A stretch of DNA of 64,000 nt from Candidatus Avelusimicrobium facis (GTDB lineage Bacteria; Elusimicrobiota; Elusimicrobia; Elusimicrobiales; Elusimicrobiaceae). A program made the translations under genes and the position numbers. The stretch covers positions 46,370 through 110,369 of the forward strand of contig CAKUBH010000005.1 in the NCBI GenBank assembly GCA_934636855.1, in the 5' to 3' direction. Of the stretch, positions 17,195 through 29,180 are shown in pieces; the first letter of the stretch is position 1; the number at the start of each line of letters is the position of its first letter. The notes beneath the pieces are model-generated. The model had not been told where the DNA came from and did not search any database. It worked only from the letters and a program-made list of their open reading frames with translations.

Positions 17195-18007
17195 TTATTT
17201 GCCGAAAGAGAAGGCCTTTTTGAGTCTTTGTATCAAGGAAGCCCTGGCGGCTTTTTGCTGCCGCTGCGGCAAGGGGACGCACTCGGGTCTTGCGTGTTCC
17301 TGTTCCTGCAGCCATTTCATATGTAAGGCTTTATCCTTGACCATCTGTTTTTCAATAGCCAACTGTTTCTTCATCCCGGGCATAGCCAGGTATTTGGCCG
17401 CCGCTTCCGTGCGGCGCAAAGCGGTGCAAATCACATACGCTTCAAATAAGCTGTTCTGCGTCAAATTTTTAGAGCCCAACGCCCGCTGCTTTTCAATTAA
17501 GGCCAGGCGTTTGCGGGCCAAATCCGGGCGGGCGCGGTACATTTCAATGCGCTCATCCAGGGTATAGCCAAAAGCGGCAAAGCAAGCCAGGTCCCCAAAC
17601 AACTGATAGTCAATCAGCCCTTCCTGGCGTTCATAGATTTCCAAATGATTGGGGCGGAGTTTTTTGGCCTTTTCCAAAATTTTGTAGCCCTCGTCTATTT
17701 GCATGTCGGAGAGCATCGGTCCTTCCATGCAGCCGTTGGACAAAATCAAAACGCCGTAGTTAAAAACCGCCGCGAAATTGTCGGGGTGTTTTTCGTACAT
17801 TTGCTTAGCCAAGTAAAAGACATTGATGTCGTCTTGTCTGCACTCGCCGGAGGATTTATCCCAAATAAAGTCGTAGGGAACGTCCCGGTAAGTGATGACT
17901 TGCATCTTTTTCACTTTTTGGCGGAGGTTCTCTAATTTCGGGCCCATCTGTGCCATGGCCGCGACGCCGGTCAAACAGAGGACCAATAGCATTACCCATT
18001 TTTTCAT
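17195..18007 (-). CDS. hypothetical secreted protein (signal peptide)
   Basis: N-terminal MKKWVMLLVLCLTGVAAMAQ signal peptide; no recognisable domain. Confidence 0.45.
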   Translation of the reverse strand: MKKWVMLLVLCLTGVAAMAQMGPKLENLRQKVKKMQVITYRDVPYDFIWDKSSGECRQDDINVFYLAKQMYEKHPDNFAAVFNYGVLILSNGCMEGPMLSDMQIDEGYKILEKAKKLRPNHLEIYERQEGLIDYQLFGDLACFAAFGYTLDERIEMYRARPDLARKRLALIEKQRALGSKNLTQNSLFEAYVICTALRRTEAAAKYLAMPGMKKQLAIEKQMVKDKALHMKWLQEQEHARPECVPLPQRQQKAARASLIQRLKKAFSFGK

Positions 18008-18203
18008 CGTATTCTCCTGTATTTCTTTCTAATATTGTAGGAAAATCCACCGCCAAAGACATGAGCCCTTGGGCCCAGGCCGCTGCGCTAAAAGGACCCA
18101 GACACTTTTGGGCCCTCCCCCGCCGGCGCAGAAGCAAGCCGTGCGCAGCGGGGGACAAATATAGTAAAATAAATTAACAATTCAGACGAGGTACAAGAAA
18201 TTT

Positions 18204-18614
18204 ATGAGCAACCGCAGAATGGCCAGAGAATGTGCTTTGCAATGTCTTTACTACGCCGACAGCGCCAAAATGCTGGACGGCGACAAAGTGGAGCCGTACG
18301 TGGAGGACTTTCAGCGGGAGCTGGGGGAAAATTTCCCTTTTTGCCAAGACCTCGTAGAGGGCACCACCCGCCATTTGCCGCAGATAGACACGTTGGTGTC
18401 TAAGTACGCGCGTAATTGGACCATTGACCGCATGTCGGTGGTGGACCGCTCTATCCTGCGCATGGCCGCTTATGAATTGGTCTACAGCCGGGAAAAAACC
18501 CCGGTACCGGCCGTTATTGACGAAGCCATTGAACTGGCTAAAAAATATTCTACCGACAACTCCGGCAAGTTCATCAACGGCCTGCTGGACCAATTAAAAA
18601 AAGAACGCAAATAA
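18204..18614 (+). CDS. nusB: transcription antitermination factor NusB
   Basis: ARECALQCLYY...ILRMAAYEL matches NusB helices; 136 aa. Confidence 0.85.
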   Translation: MSNRRMARECALQCLYYADSAKMLDGDKVEPYVEDFQRELGENFPFCQDLVEGTTRHLPQIDTLVSKYARNWTIDRMSVVDRSILRMAAYELVYSREKTPVPAVIDEAIELAKKYSTDNSGKFINGLLDQLKKERK

Positions 18615-20612
<1,998 letters not shown>

Positions 20613-20646
20613 ATAAACAGAAAACAAAGAAAGCCGCTGCCCGGGG

Positions 20647-21978
20647 TTACTCGGTCAAGAGGTCGCCGTCTACGGAACACAACTTCAAATTCCACGAGCT
20701 GTAGCGTTCCACCAACTTGTTTTCGGGCACCCGCAACGACGGGTTGCGCCGCGCGCGGTAGCGCTGCACAAAATAGTAGGGGGCGTTTTTGTGGTCGCTG
20801 CCCGTATCGCGCGCCAGCACGAAATAATGCTTTTCCTTCTTGGTCACGGGCAACACATATAAACCCAAATGCTTGCGCAATGTCTCATCCGAGCACGCCG
20901 TTTGCTGTTTGACCACTTCCAGCTCCGCGCGGGAAATTTCCACATAGCCGTTGTTGTATAAATCGTCCACGCGTTTGGCTACTTTATCCAAAAAATCTTG
21001 CGACGGGGGAACCGCCTCCTTGGGCAGCAGATACGCCTTGCGCCCTTGCAGCGCCTCCGTATAAACAAAGAATCCGCTGTCGGTCAGGGAGCTGTCCGGC
21101 AAAAAGATTTTTTGTCCCTTCATATCCCGCAAATCAAATACATCCTGCATCCGCACGCCGGCCTTTTGGAAAACACCGATGGCGTCTTGGCCGATTTGTT
21201 TTTGCAAGGCATTGTAGCCGCTGATGGTAAGCACTTCCCGCGCAAAGCCGGTATCCTTAAACAAAACGACCGTATAATCGGCGGGTAGCTTGGGATATTT
21301 TTCTTTTAAATAGTCTATGCCGCCGCGTTGTTCGGCCGAGTGCATTTTTACAAACAATTCCCTGTCAGAGTCGGAGAGCTCTTTTTTGTCTGGCAAGACG
21401 GCATAGCGCTGCTTGAGCGCTTCCAACATTTCTTCATCCGAAAAATACACCGGCTCCAAAGCTATCAGCCGTTTGCGGGCAATGAGGTTAAGCGGTTCCA
21501 CGGCCAGGGCGGTTTTGTACATTTCGGCGGCGGCTTTTTGGTCCCCTTGCGCCTGTGTGATGACCGCTTTGCCCACCAGGGAATTCACATAGGCTTCATT
21601 GAAACTCAGCGAGCGGTTATAATAAGCCAACGCCGCTTTGTTCTTCCCTTTTTTAAGGGCAATGTCGCCCAGCATGGAATAGGTATAAGAAAAATAGGGC
21701 GAAGAACGCTTCATGTTCTTCAACGCCGCCAAAAAATAGTTTTGCGCGCCGTCCAAATCGTCTTGTTTTAAGCACACGCCGCCCAGGCTGAGCAAGGCGT
21801 CCACATTTTTGTTGTCCAGCTGCAAGCACTTGGTAAAGCTGGCCCGCGCCCGCACAAAATCCTGGCCGGCAAATTCTTTTTTGCCTTGCTCCATGCATGC
21901 GCCAAACGGCGTTTGCGCCGCCAGCACCCCGGAGCAAAGCAATACATTAGCGAGTAAAAACAGTTTGAAATAATGCAT
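20647..21978 (-). CDS. TPR-repeat protein, secreted
   Basis: Signal peptide MHYFKLFLLANVLLCSGVLAAQ followed by several TPR-like helices. The start is assumed at the signal-peptide Met, which gives a 32-nt overlap with the upstream gene. Confidence 0.55.
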   Translation of the reverse strand: MHYFKLFLLANVLLCSGVLAAQTPFGACMEQGKKEFAGQDFVRARASFTKCLQLDNKNVDALLSLGGVCLKQDDLDGAQNYFLAALKNMKRSSPYFSYTYSMLGDIALKKGKNKAALAYYNRSLSFNEAYVNSLVGKAVITQAQGDQKAAAEMYKTALAVEPLNLIARKRLIALEPVYFSDEEMLEALKQRYAVLPDKKELSDSDRELFVKMHSAEQRGGIDYLKEKYPKLPADYTVVLFKDTGFAREVLTISGYNALQKQIGQDAIGVFQKAGVRMQDVFDLRDMKGQKIFLPDSSLTDSGFFVYTEALQGRKAYLLPKEAVPPSQDFLDKVAKRVDDLYNNGYVEISRAELEVVKQQTACSDETLRKHLGLYVLPVTKKEKHYFVLARDTGSDHKNAPYYFVQRYRARRNPSLRVPENKLVERYSSWNLKLCSVDGDLLTE

Positions 21979-22771
21979 AAATACAGTGTAGCAATTTTTC
22001 TGATTTTGTAAGTTTGACGGGCCGCGCAAACACAAACCCCGTTTTTTCTATTTTAGCAAGATTTGCCCGGTAAAGACACCCCATCACGCGGCAGGGCAAC
22101 ATGTTGCGTGCGGGAAAAGCGCGCATCGTCTGCGCCGCTTGCGCATAAAAATCACGGGCGGTTTGGGCCAAAGGGGCCAGTACGGCGGGGAGTTTTTCCG
22201 GGTGGGTGTTTTGCAAAATATCCTCGCGCGTCAAGCCCTGTTCCGCCAGCAAATCCTGCGGCAAGTACACGCGCCCCAAGCGGGCGTCCTCTGGCACATC
22301 CCGCACGATATTGGTCAGCTGCACGGCAAAACCCAGCTGCCGGGCCAAAGCCTGCGCTTGGGGGCCTTTTACACCCAAAATATCCAGCGTCGCCAGCCCG
22401 ACAATGCCCGCCACCCGCCACAAGTACCACTCCAGCTCTTGCCGCGTGGCATAGGTGCGGCCCTGCACATCGGCCCGCATTCCTTCAATAAGCAAAAGAA
22501 AGCGGTCCGGCTCCAGGCCAAAGGTTTGCGCCATTTCAAAAAGTTCCTTGCCCGGGTCCGTTTGTGCCCGGCCCGCAAACGCCCGGGTAATTTCCTCTTG
22601 CCAAAAGGTCAGTTCCTTTTCCGGGTCTTTCACGCCGGGCTCGTCGGCCAAGTCATCCATCAGGCGGCAAAAGGCATAATAAGCGGCCAAGGCTTCGCGG
22701 CGGCGTTTTTCCAAAAACAGAAAGGCCGGGCCGAAACTGGACTTTTTGTAAGAGGCGCGGTCCGGGGTCAT
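21947..22771 (-). CDS. squalene/phytoene synthase family protein (presqualene-diphosphate/HpnD-like)
   Basis: YYAFCRLMDDLADE (DDxxD) and QLTNIVRDVPEDARLGRVYLP second Asp-rich motif. Confidence 0.75.
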   Translation of the reverse strand: MTPDRASYKKSSFGPAFLFLEKRRREALAAYYAFCRLMDDLADEPGVKDPEKELTFWQEEITRAFAGRAQTDPGKELFEMAQTFGLEPDRFLLLIEGMRADVQGRTYATRQELEWYLWRVAGIVGLATLDILGVKGPQAQALARQLGFAVQLTNIVRDVPEDARLGRVYLPQDLLAEQGLTREDILQNTHPEKLPAVLAPLAQTARDFYAQAAQTMRAFPARNMLPCRVMGCLYRANLAKIEKTGFVFARPVKLTKSEKLLHCIYALFQTVFTR

Positions 22772-23607
22772 TTTTGTTTTCCGTTTTGGTAAATATAAGA
22801 CAGCGCCGCGCCCGTGGCCGTGGCGTAAATGGAGTAGCTGGGAATAATAAAATTCAGGTGATAGAGCCGCTCCACTTGCTTAAACAGCACCGAGGCGCAA
22901 GGCACCGTGCTTAAAGTGCCGGTCAAAATAACGTCCTTGATCTGGTGGTTGCGGCAGGCAAACACCGCCAGCATACCGATGGTTTGAAACACCATATTCA
23001 GCACGCCGCGGGCCAAATCCTCCGCGGTGGCGCCGTCAGCCATTTTGCCGAAGTTAGACGCCGTTACTTCCGGAGACAGCGTGGCAATATCCCCGCTGCA
23101 AATATCGGAAATATTCAAATCTACTTTCTTCAAATCCCCGCGGTGTGCCATATCCACCACCGTTTCAAAGGAGCGCGCATTGCACAGCTTGCTGCACAAC
23201 CCCAGCACCGTGCCGCCGCCCACGCCCGAGCCGCCAATGTGGCGGATGCCGTCTTTGCCCGCGCGCACAAACGCCGTGCCCGTGCCCATGCTGACAATCA
23301 GCCCTTCCTCTTTTTTAGACAGGGCCAGCCCGCCTAATCCGATGGCTTGGAATTCGTCCACTTGCCGGGCGGGAATGCCGTAAATTTCGTCCTTGAACAA
23401 AGAGGCCCCCACCCCGGTCAGCACAATTTGTTTTACCTGCGAAAGGGACAATTTGTTCTCATTGACAAATTTGCCCAAAGCGCCATAGGCCGAGGTCAAC
23501 GGGTCGGCCGCTTCCACTTGTTCGCGCCCGATCAATTTTCCGTCTTCATAATAGCCGACAATCTTGGTGGTAGAACCACCTACATCTATCCCGATAATTA
23601 CGTTCAT
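22768..23607 (-). CDS. coaW: type II pantothenate kinase (CoaW/fumble family)
   Basis: IGIDVGGSTTKIV ASKHA N-terminal motif. DMAHRGDLKKVDLNISDIC and VTASNFG align with S. aureus type II PanK (DMAQHGDRNTIDLKVRHIY, LTAANFG); 279 aa. Confidence 0.7.
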   Translation of the reverse strand: MNVIIGIDVGGSTTKIVGYYEDGKLIGREQVEAADPLTSAYGALGKFVNENKLSLSQVKQIVLTGVGASLFKDEIYGIPARQVDEFQAIGLGGLALSKKEEGLIVSMGTGTAFVRAGKDGIRHIGGSGVGGGTVLGLCSKLCNARSFETVVDMAHRGDLKKVDLNISDICSGDIATLSPEVTASNFGKMADGATAEDLARGVLNMVFQTIGMLAVFACRNHQIKDVILTGTLSTVPCASVLFKQVERLYHLNFIIPSYSIYATATGAALSYIYQNGKQK

Positions 23608-25643
23608 TATTTTTCCTCTAAACCGATAGATTTTAGGAACGGGCCCATGTCCTCTTTGCGGCCCAAAAAGTTTTGCACCATTTGTTCTTCGTCCAAGGTG
23701 CCGCCTTTCTCCAAAATTTCCCGGCGGAATTTTAAGCCCGTTTGCGGGTTGAACACGCCGGTTTTTTCAAACTCATGAAAGAAGTCCTCCGCGATGACCT
23801 CCGACCACAAATAGCCGTAATAGCCCGCATCGTACCCGCCCATGATGTGCCCGAACGAAGCCTGCGGATAGGTGTTTTTGGTCAGGGGCAACCCGCGGAT
23901 TTTTTTGGTCAGATAGAAGTATGTTTTTGTGGTGTCCGGCGTTTTGGCGCGCGTGTGCAACGTCATATCATACTGGGCAAAAAAGTTTTGCCGCAAGTAA
24001 ACCCCGCCCGCTCCGAAATTTTTGGCGGCAATCATTTTTTCAATTAATGCATCGGGCAACGGCTCGCCGGTTTTATAATGGCGGCTGATTTTTTTAAGCA
24101 CTTGCGGATTCCAGGCCCAGCGCTCCAGCATTTGGCTGGGGGCTTCCACAAAATCCCAACTGACGCTGGTGCCCGCCTGGGAGCCGTAGCGCGCTTTCGT
24201 CAAGGCATTATGCAGCACATGCCCAAACTCGTGGAACAGGGTGCTGACTTCGCCGTGCTTGAGCAGCGACGGCGTATCGGCGGAGGGCTTGTTCATATTG
24301 GCCACAATGGCCACAAACGGCACCTGATACGTTCCGTCTTCTTTTTCTTGCCCGCCGACCAAATCAAAGCATGCCGCATGCTTGTACTTTCCTTCGCGCG
24401 GGTACAAGTCCATATAAAAATACGCCACCAAGGCCCGGTCGGCTTTGTTGACGATTTTAAAGGCTTTTACCTCCGGGTGCCACACGGGAATGTTCACCGG
24501 CTCAAAGGCAATGCCGAACAAATTGCCAAATAAATCCAGCATGCCGCCGATAACCACGTCCGACGGAAAATATTCTTTGATTTTTTCCGAATCCAAATCC
24601 AAATGTTCCTTTTTGTATTTATTGGCCCAATAGCCGCTCTCGTACGGGAGCAAGGTGCGGCTCTTGCCGCCGGTCTTTTCGTTTTTGTAAGCAATTAAAT
24701 TTTTGTCCTCTTTTTTGGACAGGGGTTTCAATCTCTTTTCCAAATCCTTCAAAAAGGCAAAGACCCGTTGCGGATTTTTGGCCATGCGGTTTTCCAGCTT
24801 GAGCTGCGCATGCGTTTTGTAGCCCAGCAACTGCGCAATTTGGCGGCGCAGCGTGAGCGTTTTTTCCAGCAAGTCCACGTTCTCATGTCCGCCGCGGCGG
24901 TTGTACTTAAATTCCAATTCTTTCCGCGCGGACGCGTCGTCTGCGTTGAGCATAAAAGGCACATAGTCGGGATAGTCCAAGGTAATGCGGTATTTGCCGT
25001 CGGCGGTTTTTTGCAATTTGGAAATGTAGTCCTCTCCCAACCCTTTCAACTGTTCCGGCGTTACATCCAATTCGTCTTTATACTCTTGGATGTTTTTATC
25101 AAATTGAATAATGTACTGCGCCTTTTCTTTGTTTAAATTTTTAAAGGTTTCCAAATCGGCGTCATTTAAATCCATACCGCTGTTTTTAAAGCCAATCATC
25201 ATATCTTTGAGCAGCAGGGCTTGGTCCGGCTCCAGGGTGGGCTTCGTATCGGCATACGCCTTAATGGCGCGGTATACGTCGCGCCGGGTGGCAATATCCA
25301 CCATATATTGGCTCATTTGCATTTGCAGCGCCAGCGCCGCATCGCGGAAGGCTTTATCCGTAGACACATAGGATAAAAACCCGCTCATGCCCAGCGCGTC
25401 GCCGTAGTGTTCAAACGCGCGCTCATAGCCCAGCACGGTGTTTTCAAAAGTACGCTGTCCGTCGGGGATAGCCACCAAGGCGTCTAATTCTTTTTCCAGC
25501 TGTTGGCGTGCGGCGGCTTCGGCCGGGGCCAGCTCCTCCGCGTGGTAGTCAAAATGCAAGACGCCGTTTCTGAACATGTTTTCCATACCGAACACTCCCG
25601 CCGCTTGGGCTAAAATAAAAATAAATACTATCCATTTTTTCAT
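23607..25643 (-). CDS. M3 family metallopeptidase (oligopeptidase A / dipeptidyl carboxypeptidase-like), secreted
   Basis: HEFGHVLH zinc-binding motif in an M3-typical context; N-terminal signal peptide; 678 aa. Confidence 0.85.
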   Translation of the reverse strand: MKKWIVFIFILAQAAGVFGMENMFRNGVLHFDYHAEELAPAEAAARQQLEKELDALVAIPDGQRTFENTVLGYERAFEHYGDALGMSGFLSYVSTDKAFRDAALALQMQMSQYMVDIATRRDVYRAIKAYADTKPTLEPDQALLLKDMMIGFKNSGMDLNDADLETFKNLNKEKAQYIIQFDKNIQEYKDELDVTPEQLKGLGEDYISKLQKTADGKYRITLDYPDYVPFMLNADDASARKELEFKYNRRGGHENVDLLEKTLTLRRQIAQLLGYKTHAQLKLENRMAKNPQRVFAFLKDLEKRLKPLSKKEDKNLIAYKNEKTGGKSRTLLPYESGYWANKYKKEHLDLDSEKIKEYFPSDVVIGGMLDLFGNLFGIAFEPVNIPVWHPEVKAFKIVNKADRALVAYFYMDLYPREGKYKHAACFDLVGGQEKEDGTYQVPFVAIVANMNKPSADTPSLLKHGEVSTLFHEFGHVLHNALTKARYGSQAGTSVSWDFVEAPSQMLERWAWNPQVLKKISRHYKTGEPLPDALIEKMIAAKNFGAGGVYLRQNFFAQYDMTLHTRAKTPDTTKTYFYLTKKIRGLPLTKNTYPQASFGHIMGGYDAGYYGYLWSEVIAEDFFHEFEKTGVFNPQTGLKFRREILEKGGTLDEEQMVQNFLGRKEDMGPFLKSIGLEEK

Positions 25644-25781
25644 AAGACAATCATCCGTTTAATTTGTTACACTAAAAGGACCGGCCGCCGCTACGGGCGG
25701 CGGAATATAAAATATAACAAGCGCACCACAGATTTGTTATAATTTATATTATATTAATTCACGAGGAATTAAGAACCGAAA

Positions 25782-26336
25782 ATGTACGAACCTTTCGTTC
25801 CCAAAGAAATATTCCTTACCAAAGGAATCGGCCGGCACAAAGAAAAACTGGCGAGCTTTGAAGAAGCCCTGCGCGATGCAAAGATTGCTCCGTTTAACAT
25901 TGTGCCCGTGTCCAGCATTTTTCCCCCGGGATGCAAAACCATCCCCGTGTCCAAGGGCGTTAGCCAACTGCGTCCGGGCCAAATCCTGCACTGCGTAATC
26001 AGCCGCAATACCAGCAATGAGTACCGCCGCCTGATTTCCGCTTCGGTGGGTTTGGCTATTCCCAAAGACGGCAACAAAACCCACGGTTATATTTCCGAGC
26101 ACCACAGCTTTGGTGAAACGGATAAACAAGCCGGCGACTATGCCGAAGACTTGGCCGCGTTGATGTTGTCCACCACCCTGGGCATTGAGTTTGACAACAA
26201 CACCACCTGGGACCAAAAAGAAGAAATTTGGAAAATGAGCGGCAAGATTGTCCGCACGACCAACATCACGCAGTCTGCTATCTGCGTGGAAGGTTTGTGG
26301 ACCACCGTCGTCGCTGCCGCCGTGTTTGTCAAATAA
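25782..26336 (+). CDS. pdaD: pyruvoyl-dependent arginine decarboxylase
   Basis: NIVPVSSIFPPG contains the Ser-Ser self-cleavage site of the PvlArgDC family; 184 aa. Confidence 0.75.
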   Translation: MYEPFVPKEIFLTKGIGRHKEKLASFEEALRDAKIAPFNIVPVSSIFPPGCKTIPVSKGVSQLRPGQILHCVISRNTSNEYRRLISASVGLAIPKDGNKTHGYISEHHSFGETDKQAGDYAEDLAALMLSTTLGIEFDNNTTWDQKEEIWKMSGKIVRTTNITQSAICVEGLWTTVVAAAVFVK

Positions 26337-26377
26337 TCGAGATTGTTGTGAGCGATAACGTACAAACCGATAAGTTT

Positions 26378-27229
26378 ATGGGGCTAGAGAGCAAAAACAG
26401 CTCTCTAGCCCGTTGTAAATTCGCCGTCGTACCCGTGCCGTTTGAAAAAACGGTCTGCTACGGGCACGGCACGGCCAAAGGTCCAGCCGCCGTCATTGAA
26501 GCCTCCACCCAAATTGAGCTCTACGACGAAGAAACCCACACCGAAACCTGGGAAGAGGGCATCTGCACCTTGCCGGCAGTCAACTGCGCCGGCTCTACAA
26601 CCAAAGTTTTCAAAGAAATAGACAAAACGGTCCGCGCCTTGATGCAGCACAAGCAGTGCATTCCGTTCTACATCGGCGGGGAGCACACCGTGACCCAGGC
26701 CTTGGCGCAGCCTTATATTGAGGCGCACAAGAACCTGAGCATCCTGCACTTTGACGCGCATGCGGACTTGCGCGAAACCTTTGAAGGAACGCCCAAAAGC
26801 CACGCCTGCGCGCTGTATCCGGCCTCCCGCCAGGTGCCGGTGGTACAGGTGGGCATCCGCAGCGTAGCCAGCGAAGAAAAGCAATATTGCAATGCCGGCA
26901 AGGTAACCACCTTTTTAATGCACGAACACCGCGACGTCAACCAACTCATCCCGCAAGTGCTTAAAAAACTGACCGACACGGTATACATCACCATTGATGT
27001 GGACGGCTTTGATCCGTCCGTCATCCCGGCCACGGGCACGCCGCAACCCGGCGGATTTGGTTGGTATGAAGCGCTGGATTTGTTCCGCGCCGTCATCGCC
27101 GCTAAAAAAATTGTGGCCGTAGACGTGGTGGAAGCGTGCCAACGCAAGGCCGACCCCATTACGGAATTTAATACATCTAAGCTGATTTACCGCTTGATGG
27201 GGTATTTGACCGTAAAGAAAAACAAATAG
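26378..27229 (+). CDS. speB: agmatinase (ureohydrolase family)
   Basis: Arginase-fold Mn-binding motifs GGEHTVT, DAHADL, DVDGFDP. Start taken at the internal Met after the pdaD stop. Confidence 0.8.
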   Translation: MGLESKNSSLARCKFAVVPVPFEKTVCYGHGTAKGPAAVIEASTQIELYDEETHTETWEEGICTLPAVNCAGSTTKVFKEIDKTVRALMQHKQCIPFYIGGEHTVTQALAQPYIEAHKNLSILHFDAHADLRETFEGTPKSHACALYPASRQVPVVQVGIRSVASEEKQYCNAGKVTTFLMHEHRDVNQLIPQVLKKLTDTVYITIDVDGFDPSVIPATGTPQPGGFGWYEALDLFRAVIAAKKIVAVDVVEACQRKADPITEFNTSKLIYRLMGYLTVKKNK

Positions 27230-27254
27230 TTTTTCCGAAGAAAAAAGAGCCGCA

Positions 27255-27290
27255 AAAAACCCGCACCTTTTGGTGCGGGTTTTTTGTAAA
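27255..27290. terminator. bidirectional rho-independent terminator
   Basis: AAAAACCCGCACC-tttt-GGTGCGGGTTTTTT between convergent speB and an OMP gene. Confidence 0.6.
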
Positions 27291-27300
27291 CTCAACAGCC

Positions 27301-27918
27301 TTAGAAGTAGAACCGGCCGGTCAAAGCACCGCTGAACCCGGAGCGGTCGGAATAAACGGCTCCGTCTTTTTTAATTTTGGCGCCGAAAGTATACTTGGCC
27401 TCTAAACCCAAAGCAAACACTTTCGTAAACCGGTATTCCGCGCCCGCCACCAAGTGCGGCGCTACTTTGCTCTTATGTTCTTTTTCCGTGTCGCCGCTCA
27501 GCGTGGCTTCCAGCTCGGTGCGGAACAAAGAAATGCCGGCCCCTACAAACGGGCTCCAGCCTTGCACGCCGTTGTCTCTTTTGAAGTACACCGTCAGCGG
27601 GAGGGCATACGTATGTTCCGTAACATCGCCCGCGCCGGATATTTTCAACTCATTCTCGCCATAGACGTCAAAACCTAATTTTACACCCAATTTATTGGCA
27701 TCCTCATTTAACGTCCATTCATATAAGGCTTCCAAACCGAAAAAGCCGCTGTTTTCATCCAACTCCGTGCTCGTATAGACCGCTTCATCTTGCAAGTCTT
27801 TCATCGTTTTCGGGTCATTTTCGCCCACGCCCAGCTTTAGGCCCACGCCCCAGTTATCGGCAAAGACCGCCGGAGCAAAAAACAACACGCCCGTCAGGGC
27901 AACTAACCATTTCTTCAT
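27301..27918 (-). CDS. outer-membrane beta-barrel protein (OmpW/OmpA-like)
   Basis: Signal peptide, alternating amphipathic beta-strands, C-terminal ...GRFYF aromatic terminus. Confidence 0.6.
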   Translation of the reverse strand: MKKWLVALTGVLFFAPAVFADNWGVGLKLGVGENDPKTMKDLQDEAVYTSTELDENSGFFGLEALYEWTLNEDANKLGVKLGFDVYGENELKISGAGDVTEHTYALPLTVYFKRDNGVQGWSPFVGAGISLFRTELEATLSGDTEKEHKSKVAPHLVAGAEYRFTKVFALGLEAKYTFGAKIKKDGAVYSDRSGFSGALTGRFYF

Positions 27919-27986
27919 ACCATTCTCCTTGAGGGGGAATTAAACGACAGTAAACTATACTAATTTTTTCTTTACAAGTCTACCGT

Positions 27987-29180
27987 TTACAGCGGGGGCA
28001 GCGGCCCGACCTGCCTGCCGGCGGCGGCCTGCCAGGGGGTTTTAAGGCCTTGTTTGGCCGCTTCGTCAAACCCCCATTTGTCTTTAAAGGAAAGTACTTT
28101 TTTGTACTGCGCCTGCGCTAAAGCACGTAACCCCAAGGCGTCATACACCTGGCCCAACCGGTATTCATTCCACACCCCCCAGCGGCTGGGGGCTTGGGAG
28201 GCCAACGCCTGTTGCCCGGCTTCAAACGCTTCCCGCGCGGCCTGCCATTGCCCTTGCGCCATGAGCGCGGTGCCGATGGCCGTATAGGCCCGGGAAATAT
28301 AAATGTCTTTGTAAAAAGGGTCCGTGCCAATCAATGCCAAAAACTCCTTGCCGCCGCTGAGCACTTGCTCATATTGTCCGGTCTCAAACAGGCAAATCAG
28401 CTCCACATAGTGCATGAGCGGATTGTCCGGGAATTTGGCGCGCAGCTGGCGGATGTACTGCAGGGATTTCTCCGGCGCATAATATTTGCTGCCCCGGGTG
28501 TTTTGCACCTCTATCAAAATCAGTTTGGCGCTGTCGGCGGTGAACAGGGCCTTTTCCCGGGCGGCATTGAGCTGGGCCACCCCTTGGTCCGGGTCGCCTT
28601 TAATGGCCACAATTTTGGCCAAAATTTTAATCACGCCGGGCAAGGTGCCCGCAAAATAATTGTAAATGCCCAACCCAAAATACGCGTCGTAATACGTGGG
28701 GTCTAATTGCAGGGATTTCTCTAAATTCTTGATAGCGCGGCGGCCGGAAAAATACGCCGTTACCCAGCTGCGCGTACGCATGGAAAACATCGCCCGCAGG
28801 CCATATAGCGCGCCCAACCCCATGTAGGCGTTGGGGTCGTCTGGGTTTTTCTTGAGCCAGCGTTTAATGCCGTCTATGGAGTCTTCCAACGTCTTTTCAA
28901 ACACCTTGCGCTGCCGGTCGTCGCTGGTTTCAAATTCATATTCGTAGCGGCTCCAGGCAATCATCGCATTGCCAAAGTGCGCAAACGGATGGTCCGGATA
29001 CAGGGCAAAGACCTTTTCTATATTTTCCTGTGCGGTGGCAAAGTCCAGGCTGTACACGCCGTTAATCCCCACCGTGGCATATTGCATGACCTCGGGGGGC
29101 AGTTTAATCTCGCCGTAAGACGGCGCAGCCGCACTGAGCAGCAATCCCAGCGCGGCCACGAGCGCAAAAAAACGGCGCAT
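27987..29180 (-). CDS. TPR-repeat protein, secreted
   Basis: Signal peptide MRRFFALVAALGLLLSAAAPSYG followed by TPR-like repeats. Confidence 0.55.
   Translation of the reverse strand: MRRFFALVAALGLLLSAAAPSYGEIKLPPEVMQYATVGINGVYSLDFATAQENIEKVFALYPDHPFAHFGNAMIAWSRYEYEFETSDDRQRKVFEKTLEDSIDGIKRWLKKNPDDPNAYMGLGALYGLRAMFSMRTRSWVTAYFSGRRAIKNLEKSLQLDPTYYDAYFGLGIYNYFAGTLPGVIKILAKIVAIKGDPDQGVAQLNAAREKALFTADSAKLILIEVQNTRGSKYYAPEKSLQYIRQLRAKFPDNPLMHYVELICLFETGQYEQVLSGGKEFLALIGTDPFYKDIYISRAYTAIGTALMAQGQWQAAREAFEAGQQALASQAPSRWGVWNEYRLGQVYDALGLRALAQAQYKKVLSFKDKWGFDEAAKQGLKTPWQAAAGRQVGPLPPL

Noticed and set aside
22063-22792. Several plus-strand ORFs (142-217 aa), Arg/Pro/Gly-rich
   Set aside because: Antisense shadow ORFs of the squalene-synthase-like gene 21947-22771. 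No motifs; composition typical of the wrong frame in GC-rich sequence.
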